Below the pieces are notes generated by a model. That model did not search any database, was not told the DNA's origin, and saw nothing but the letters and a program-made list of their open reading frames with translations. Of a stretch of DNA of 64,000 bases, positions 55,770 to 64,000 are shown one piece after another; position 1 is the first letter of the stretch; every line of letters begins with the position of its first letter. The position numbers and the translations under genes are program-made. This DNA is from Saccostrea cucullata (taxonomy: Eukaryota): assembly GCF_032062105.1 (NCBI RefSeq), contig NW_026920935.1, positions 1,054,001 through 1,118,000 of the forward strand, given 5' to 3'.

Positions 55770-56010
55770 TTCTGACATAAAGCAATGCCAAGCACTTTGA
55801 AGTGAAAGCTGTGGGTCCTTTCAGATGAGACCTTAAAAACCCAGGCCCCTTGTCATGGTAGGTGTAGGCAATAAAGAGACAATAAAGATCTCTCATTGCT
55901 CCATGGCCTGGAGTGCAGAGTAAAAGTAAAAATTTGAAACCCTTCTCCAGTATATTGTATATGGTGACGTCTCTATATGAGTGAAAAACTCGAGAATGGG
56001 GTGCATCAAC
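55770..56010 (+). mobile_element. Degenerate V-domain SINE
   Basis: GGTCCTTTCAGATGAGACCTTAAAAACCCAGGCCCC ... GGTGACGTCTCTATATGAGTGAAAAACTCGAG matches the SINE at 2501-2753. Confidence 0.7.
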
Positions 56011-56061
56011 GTGTCAAACTGAAGTGATCCCTTCTTACTGAAGTTTTCAGAAACGCTAAAG

Positions 56062-57065
56062 TATGGCACGCCAAATTCACAAAAATGGGCTAAACCTAGT
56101 TTCACAATTGATAAACTAGGTTTATCAACTGTAAACTATAGTTTACAAACCGTAAACTATAGTTAACGATTCGTTAAGTATAGTTTTCACCTGTAAAACT
56201 ATATCTAACGGTTGTTAACTATAGTTTACAAATGCTAATCTAAGTTTATCTGTCTGTAATAAAACGTTAACAATAGATTTTGTTGATAAACATAGATTCA
56301 CGTCTGTAAACTATAATTTACGATCGTTAACTATAGTTAAATGTTGTAAACCATAGTTTACAAATCGTGAAACTGTGTTTATCAGATAATCTATGTTTTG
56401 CAATCGCAAATGATTGTTTTCGGTGTTAAGTATAGTTTACGGTTGTGAAACATAGATTATCGCGTTAACTATGGTTTACGGATGTAAAATATAGATTAGC
56501 GTTGTTAACTACAGTTTACAGTCCGTAAACTATAGTTTACAACCGATAAACCTAGTTTATCAACTGTGAAACTATGATTAGCTCATTTTTGTGAATTTGG
56601 TGTGCTAAACATAGTTTCACAATTGATAAACTAGGTTTATCAACTGTAAACTATAGTTTACAAACCGTAAACTATATGTAACAATTCTTTAAGTATAGTT
56701 TTCATCTGTAAAACTATATCTAACGGTTGTTAACTATAGTTTACGAATACTAATCTAAGTTTATCTGTCTGTAATAAAACGTTAACAATAGATTTTGTTG
56801 TTAAACATAGATTCACGTCTATGGCACGCCAAATTCACAAAAATGAGCAAAACATAGTTTCACAGTCGATAAACTAGGTTTATCGGTTGTAAACTATAGT
56901 TTACGGACTGTAAACTATAGTTAACAACGTTAATCTATATTTTACATCCGTAAACCATAGTTAACGCGATAATCTATGTTTCACAACCGTAAACTATACT
57001 TAACACTGAAAACAATCATTTGCAATTGCAAAACATAGATTATCTGATAAATACAGTTTCACGAT
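56062..57065. mobile_element. Foldback/MITE element built from ~22-bp palindromic units, with a duplicated and inverted rearrangement
   Basis: TIR TATGGCACGCCAAATTCACAAAAATG (56062) / CATTTTTGTGAATTTGGTGTGCTA (to 56607). Internal TAAACTATAGTTTA units. 56604-56820 repeats 56088-56304, and 56820-57065 is the inverse of 56364-56607. Confidence 0.85.
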
Positions 57066-57135
57066 GTGAGGTTTTCTGATCACCATTTTCTCTAGTCCGC
57101 TTGTCCGCCCATCTGTCGACTTTTCACATTTTCTA

Positions 57136-57168
<33 letters not shown>

Positions 57169-57745
57169 AAAACTTGCTACAAGCATCCTTGAGTGATTCA
57201 ATTTTGTTCAAATGATGGGCACATCCTCTTTTAAGGGGATATAATTAAGAAATAGTGAAAAATTGGTGGCATGTTTTGAAAGTCTTATTTTCAAGAACCA
57301 CTTGGCCGGGGAAGATGAAACTAATGTGGAAGTATCCTCTGGTGGTGTAGTTTCAAGTTTTTTTTCAAATCGGGGGTAGGATGGGGCCACAATAGATGAT
57401 CAACGTTTTACCTAGGATTATACAGGAAAAAGCTATAAAAATCTCTTCATAAGAACAACAAAGCTGTGATTGGTTATATTTATACGGAAATATCCTCAGA
57501 AACATGTGGTGTGCAATCAAGTTTTTCAAATCATGACCCACAGGGGTATGGTTGGGCCACCATGAAAGAACAAATTTTTACATGGGAATATGCAAGTTTA
57601 TTCAAATCGTACCCCTTCCCTCTTTTAGGGATAGGACGGGGCCACTTATATGCATTTAAGCTTTTCAATACTGGATTGATTTTTGTTTTTTGTTTCCCCC
57701 TAGCCAAGTGCTCAGCTGAGCGATGTCGCCCATTGACGTCTTGTA
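57066..57745 (+). mobile_element. Degenerate HINE-like element related to 18792-20413
   Basis: TTTTCTGATCAC, CTTCTTCTCCAGAACCACTGGGCCAATTT, TCATGACCCACAGGGG, 3' CTCAGCTGAGCGATGTCGCCCAT. Confidence 0.7.
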
Positions 57746-57749
57746 ATTG

Positions 57750-58310
57750 TTTTATGGCGGGATACGAGATGAAGTATGTTAAAATCACCCAAGTTTCTCG
57801 CTACAAAATTAAAACATCCTCAATCTAAAATCTTAACATTTAACCAACAATATCAAAACGTACGGCTTTTCAACACTTGATACAGCCTTTTCTCACGATG
57901 AATTAAAGTCGCTAAAGTTAACGTCATAGACAGCTGCCTTTTAAAAAATGGAACTCGTAAATTTAATTACATTGCCATTCGTCATTTTCAAAATTATTTC
58001 TGATTGGGTTTAATCACATACTCTGAAATTGATATCTAAAAAAGATGTTTGAGTTTCTGATTGACAATAACTACATGTATGTAGTTTTTGGATTTAAATC
58101 TTCCAACATTCCGTTGGATTTCCCATGGGTACCAATTGAGTTCCATTTTTAGAAGACTTCTTTTTGTATTCATATGAAGCATTATTTATTCAAAATTCAT
58201 ATGAAGCATTAATTCTTCAAAATCTTATGCATGAGAAGAGGAAAACACTTGCTGTGGCCTTCAACTCTACATTTAGATATGACGGCGTATTATCAATTAA
58301 CAATTATATT
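57750..58310 (+). mobile_element. Decayed Penelope-like RT fragment
   Basis: Remnants of TYDFSTL, GFPMGTN and LAVAFNSTFRYD with many frameshifts; homologous to 1-330. Confidence 0.75.
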
Positions 58311-58349
58311 AACTATCATTCCAGTAACAGCATGCCACTTTGTTTGATC

Positions 58350-60480
58350 AAGCTTGCTAAAGTTTTATACATTGATCACAATATTTCTCGATCATCTACT
58401 GCATGTTTAACTTCAATGAAAACGATACTATTTTTCGTATGAAAGAGAAGCCGACAATGGCTTTGACTGACCACGTATTGTTGCTTATTACAAATGCCAT
58501 CCCAGTAAACAATCATTCAATGCAATTGGAGAGTAATATCAGTGTATTGCTGGGCTCTCTGTTTCATATGCAAATTAGTATTTATTTTAATGCTCGGGAA
58601 CCCCGATCCTTCAACTGCATGGCGTCGGAATTTCTTAAATATTATGGATTCTGTAGAAGATTACGCCAGGCGATGGGCCAGATATGAAAAAGACGTTGAC
58701 ACTTTGTCATAATGGATTAAATGTATCAGATCCATGTTACAGTCGCGTATTAAAAGATTGAGGGGCAATATAAAAACCAAATATCATTCTGTATTCAATA
58801 GCCAAGAAGTGAAAAAAGTATTAGATAGATTATATGATCAGTACATACTGGGCCCTGCAGACTGCAGACAGCAGGTAACAACATTCTTCGTTTGTAAGGC
58901 ACATTATTTATATATAATTGCATTTTAGAAGAATTTGGATTTAATTATACAAGTGGTAATCCAACTTATACTCATCGTTCCCTTTCTAAGGAAGAAATTG
59001 TTCAAAATCATATGTCAATTTTGAATATTTTGTATATCCCAAAGAACCATCATGAATTTGAACTACCATATCTTTATTGGATTCCGAAACTTCATAAAAA
59101 CCCTCACAAACAAAGATACATAGCGGGAAGAAATTGTTCAAAATCATATGTCAATTTTGAATATTTTGTATATCCCAAAGAACCATCATGAATTTGAACT
59201 ACCATATCTATATTGGATTCCGAAACTTCATAAAAATCCTTACAAACAAAGATACATAGCGGGTTCCAGTAAATGTTCAATCAAGCCTATTTCTTTACTC
59301 CTCACTAAGATATTAACATTAGTGAAGGAGAAAATTCAAGAGTACTGTGCGACAATATATTCAACTTTTGAACTCTATACACAACTATTCCCCACAATTA
59401 ATTAAAGTCCAGGCTTTTTGATATCATTGTCAGTTGCTTTTTCAATAAGAATGGAAGTTGTAAAATTACATACCTTGTCATTGGTCATTTGCAAAATCAT
59501 TTTATTATTTTATTTTATTTTGTTAAAAAACATTCTGAATGTACACACAAGTATTCTGAAGATGACATCAAAAATATGTCCGAGTTTCTGATTGACAATA
59601 TCTATGTTGTTTTTGTTGTTTTTGGAGACCAGTCTTCCAACAATTTATTGGAATTTCCCTGGGTACCAATTGCGCCCAGTTATTAGCTGACCTATTTTTG
59701 TATTCATATGAAGCAGAATTTGTCTAAAATCTTATGCGTGAAAAGAAGAAAACACTTGGAGTGACCTTCAACTCGACATTTTGATGTATCGACGACATAT
59801 TTTCAATTCACAATGGCAATTTCCTTTCTTATGTCGATACGATATATCCCGGTGAACTTGAGATAAAGATACCATAGAGTCTGACACATCTTTTTCATAT
59901 TTGGATATACTACTTGAAAAAGACGATAATGGTTATCAAACAACCAAACTTTATGATAAACGTGATGACTTTAACTTTTAAATCGTCAACTTCCCGACTT
60001 ATGCAGCAATATACCTTCATCACCTGCGTACGGAGTTTATATCTCAGTTGATTCGATGCGCAAGAGCATGCTCTACGTATGAACAATTTCTTAAACGAGG
60101 TAAATTATTGAAAAACAACTTGATAAAACAATTCAAAAATACCAGCAGTCTCGTTCAAAGTCATAATTTCGTAAATTCTATCATGGTCGATACAATGACC
60201 TTGTCAGCAAATACAAATTATTACTGAGTCAAATGCTACGGGCGTTTTTCACACTAATTCTTAGTCCATTATTTATACACCGACGGATTTTCCCGTTATT
60301 TTCCGATCGTGACAAGGAGCAGACGGTGGGTGTGACCGGTCAGCAGGGGATGCTCACTCCTCCATGGCACCTGATCCACCTCAGATGTTTTGGAGGTCCT
60401 TGTTTGCTCTGATCCTATTCTGTATTGTTTTATATAAGGAGTTTTGATCTTGAATACTGTTCGTTATTTCCATATGTTTC
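58350..60480 (+). mobile_element. Longer decayed Penelope-like (Naiad-type) element with a 136-bp internal tandem duplication
   Basis: PLE RT N-terminal motif ELPYLYWIPKLHKNPYKQRYIAGSSKCSIKP, then RT core and the same 3' UTR as 760-970. Duplication 58991-59126 / 59127-59262. Confidence 0.82.
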
Positions 60481-60896
60481 ATTTCACTGAAATAAATGTC
60501 TGGTTAATTCGATATACGCAATAGCATGCTCTGCGTACAAATTTTTTTAAAACGAGGCTTAAGAATGACAAAAAAGTTGATGAAACAATAATATCATCAT
60601 GCTGTAATAAATGTAAAATATACAAATTTACTGTCGATAAATCTGCAATCAAAATCATGAAATATTTTTTTAAATGATCTAAACAATTCATTTTCAAAAA
60701 TATATTTATTTAGATTTTTTTAAATTTTAGTAAATATTTGGATAAAAATATAATGGCCACGGATTCAATATATCTATCACTAATTGCATGCCTATCACTA
60801 ATCTATGTTACGTATTGAAATATAATTCATATCTTTATTTTTGTTTCCCAATGCTAAATTTACATTGTTGAAAATGTTCTTTGGTTGCAGTGTAGA

Positions 60897-61505
60897 TCAA
60901 ATCACGAGATTTCCAAAATGATCGTTTATTCTCTCCAAATGATCGGTGTCAGGAACAAATTCGGGCGGCGATATCCTCTGAAGTTTGGGCACTGGGGGTA
61001 AGGATTTCACCTCTAACTTACAGAAAGAGAGTATTTTCTCACATGTATCGAGTCTGTCTGGCAGAAAAAGTTCCATGCTTCTGGCTTCTTCTAAGTTTCT
61101 TATGACGTCCTTTCTTTGTTGTTCTAAGAGTAAAACATCATCCACTCGTTTTTCTATCACTTGTTCAAGGAATTGCTCCTTAGCTTTTTTGACTGCTGCC
61201 TCCAGTTTTTCTGCATGGATTACGATATCAGTTTCGATGATACGGTATTGGTCTTTCATGACTTGCTCTTCGACAGCTATATCCATTTCCAGTTGTTGAT
61301 ACAGGGAAATGGCGTTTCTCACCATATCATGTTCTTTGGCGATTAATTCCCCCTTAGATTTACAAAGATCTTCCAGGTCTTCCACTTCATGTTTTTTGTG
61401 GAAACTCACGAGACATTTTCCACAAATCACGGCTTCACATTGCTTGCAAAAGAATTCACAAGTATGGCTTTCATGAGCCTTGCACTTTGGTAGAGTAATT
61501 TCCAT
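60897..61505 (-). CDS. Intronless B-box zinc finger plus coiled-coil protein (short TRIM-like, 202 aa)
   Basis: B-box2 CKAHESHTCEFFCKQCEAVICGKCLVSFHKKH, then a heptad-rich helix; ends FVP..INDHFGNL, the linker that usually precedes a C-terminal domain in TRIM-NHL proteins. Confidence 0.85.
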   Translation of the reverse strand: MEITLPKCKAHESHTCEFFCKQCEAVICGKCLVSFHKKHEVEDLEDLCKSKGELIAKEHDMVRNAISLYQQLEMDIAVEEQVMKDQYRIIETDIVIHAEKLEAAVKKAKEQFLEQVIEKRVDDVLLLEQQRKDVIRNLEEARSMELFLPDRLDTCEKILSFCKLEVKSLPPVPKLQRISPPEFVPDTDHLERINDHFGNLVI

Positions 61506-62439
61506 TTTCTTTGTGAAATATTTATAATTTCTTCAGTGCAGAAAGTCCACAAAATAACGATGATTATTCATTGGTTTTAATTTTGAAAACGCAATTTTTA
61601 ATTGTTCTAGAAGTTTCTAGAAAAAAATTAACCAGAGCGACATTGAGACCTTATCTTCTATGCGTCAATTCAAAATTGTTTAAATAAGGTACATAGACAT
61701 AGATTTAAAGTGTCTATTCAAATGCTTTAGTGCGCATTTACAAGACCAATGTTGTGGAAAAAATCAATAAACAGAAGAGTTTAAATATAGTTCTTTCCCT
61801 ACCGTTTTTTATCAAATTTTTCTTGTTAAGACTCAGTTACTTATATCATTATCTGTTAAATTCATATCCCCCTCCCCAAGTCTAGGGTTCAGACCCAAGG
61901 GACGGATAATTTGGTCAAATTTGTAATTCTTAACACTTCTGAAAATTTTATTCAACGTTTATAGACATCAAACAGCCAATCATTTACATCTTATGATGAG
62001 CAGAAAAGTCTTTTTAAAAATAGGTATAATTTTGTCTCCTGGTACCACAGACCATTCCATAGGTCGAGACTCTTCTCGTGTAGCAGACTGTGTACCTTAA
62101 TTGTTAATTTACCTTAATATCTGGTTTAAACATTTAGTAAGCAAATTACATGCATGATGTCAGTTAGCAATGGACCTTAAATCAAATATGATATTGTGTA
62201 GTTTATATTCGTAGGGCAATATCTTTCACCAAAGGGCGACAAATACAAACTTCACTATACTACTTCTAGTTTTTTTTCTATGCATACCCTATGTGATGCA
62301 AGGACTACCTGGGTGCAAGTGAAGATTGTGTAGCACTGCCTTAAGTGAATACCTAGGCATAGTTGCCAGGTGGGCTACAGACAGCTGAATTGATGAAATA
62401 CATTGTATATGGATATAACAAATAGTTTTCAAGTCCATT

Positions 62440-62815
62440 TAACAATACAAAAGAGCAGAGCAAACACGGACCTCCAAAACGTCAGAGGTGGAATGAGGTG
62501 CCATGGAGGAGTGAAAGCATAACTTGGCACCAGAAGAGAATTTTTCAAATTTCTCTTCGGATGTAACAATTTCATATAACCCACATATTTTGTGAAAGTT
62601 TCATGAAAAAATGCTTGTCAGAAATCGCCTGTACAAAATAACGGAAAATCCATGCGACAATTTAGAAGTGTATATAATGGCCTAAAACAATTAGTATGAA
62701 AAACATCATTCAGCGGAAAATTAATTTTTATGCTTTACCCAAAAATAAAGAACGGCAAAAAATAAATCATAATTGATGAACAAGGTCATTGATATCGACC
62801 ATTTTAGAACTTATT
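62440..62815 (-). mobile_element. Interrupted 3' end of the Penelope-like element
   Basis: CAAACACGGACCTCC..CAGAGGTGGAATGAGGTGCCATGGAGGAGTGA, AAATAACGGAAAATCC and CAAGGTCATTGATATCGACC are reverse complements of parts of 675-910. Confidence 0.7.
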
Positions 62816-64000
62816 TGAAAGAGAATTCTACACTTCTTTTGTTCTACATGTTTCAACAAAATATTTCCAGGTAAAAAGGTATCGTAGAAAAGGTGGTAAA
62901 ATTTTTGAAATTCAGCAACTTGTTTGTAATAAAAATATCATCGACTATCATAGAAATTTTATTCTATAGCCGTAGGGCATGCTCTTCAAAAATCATAAAA
63001 TCGACAATCGGAACCGAGAAATATAAACCCCGAAAAAAATGCAGGTGCTGAAGGTATATTGAAAGTTTCTGTATAGGTAGGAAAAAAAAGAATAATAATA
63101 ATAATAATAAAAGTTGACAAGAAGGTCTTCCGCTGAAAAATTAAAACCATCTTGTTTATATATAATGCATGATAATGTTGTTAGTCCATACACTCATATC
63201 TGGTATATCAAATACACGTCTTTTTCAATTAAAATATTTCTATAAAATATATTGGAATTATTTTAAAACAAAGATGTTTCAGTAAATACTAAGACTTTGA
63301 ATAAATTTATAAGTTTGACTAATGGTATATATAAAGGGTAGAAAACTACAACATTTCATTGAAACTAAGAAAAAGTTAAAAAGTAAAATGTTTGTTGCTT
63401 GAGTTATTACTAAAGCTGTCATGTATAAACGTAATTCCCATTTTTACAATACTAGTATTTAAAAAAATAGTTACCTCCGTATAATTGTCAATTATTATGT
63501 AATTGAAAATGCTCACAAAAAATATCTTTAAATCCACTCAGTATTTCGTTAAAGTTATATTTAATCATATTGTAATTATGTGGTTTGATAAAATGAAAAT
63601 TATCCCATATATATTCACAACAGCTTGCAAATCTTGAATTAAAGGCAAGTTTTATTTTGTAATATTAACAATACATAGTGTATAAAAAAGAAAACTTTTA
63701 ATATATTATGTATTTGTTATATCTCGTTTTAAAAAAAACTTTGTAAAAAGCTGGAATCATTAAACCCTCTGAAGGTACATTGCTGTTTAAGTGTTGAAGT
63801 TTACAGTTGAAAATTTCCTTGATTATCATTTAAGGTTTTCAATTAAAAACAAATGAATGTGTTGATGCTATTAAATGATACATCAGGGATTAAAATGTAT
63901 GTTTTAAACAATGGTCCCCCTCTTATCCCCATGTTAGTTACTTTTTTCACCCAATATTCAAAACATGCAAATCTTGAATTAAAAGCAAGTTTTATTTTGT

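Noticed and set aside
56100-57060. CRISPR-like look: palindromic repeats with variable spacers
   Set aside because: Spacers are only ~8 bp, repeats are degenerate, the array is bounded by TIRs, the context is eukaryotic and there are no cas genes.
60985-61346. Plus-strand ORFs overlapping the B-box gene
   Set aside because: Antisense shadows of the coiled-coil CDS with no recognisable motif.
63600-64000. 34-bp direct repeat at 340-bp spacing at the window end
   Set aside because: Truncated by the window edge; cannot be classified.

Overview
AT-rich, intron-rich eukaryotic DNA, most likely from a bivalve such as an oyster (inferred from the SINE, Helentron-type and Penelope-like repeat families and a short B-box/coiled-coil gene). 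Most ORFs in the supplied track are exon fragments or noise, so I rebuilt genes by hand from GT..AG junctions and exon phase. Gene order: tRNA-His(GUG) (-), JMJD7 (+, 8 exons), TEKT1 (+, 6 coding exons, RFX/forkhead-type promoter motifs), FBXO21 (-), RNFT1/2 (-), SPRING1/C12orf49 (+, first exon not found), an unrecognised ~1,410-aa 27-exon gene with a degenerate TBC (Rab-GAP-like) domain and C2-like modules (+), and an intronless B-box/coiled-coil gene (-). Decayed Penelope-like RT elements sit near both ends. Introns and spacers carry V-domain SINEs, Helentron-type elements with internal satellites, TA- and TTAA-flanked MITEs and a rearranged foldback element. The best leads are: the apparently non-catalytic TBC+C2 protein; in-window evidence that TACATGTA octamers are transposon excision footprints; FBXO21-RNFT-SPRING1 linkage matching human 12q24.22; and tandem duplications that copy splice sites or stop codons. 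No database searches were run; all identifications rest on motif recognition.
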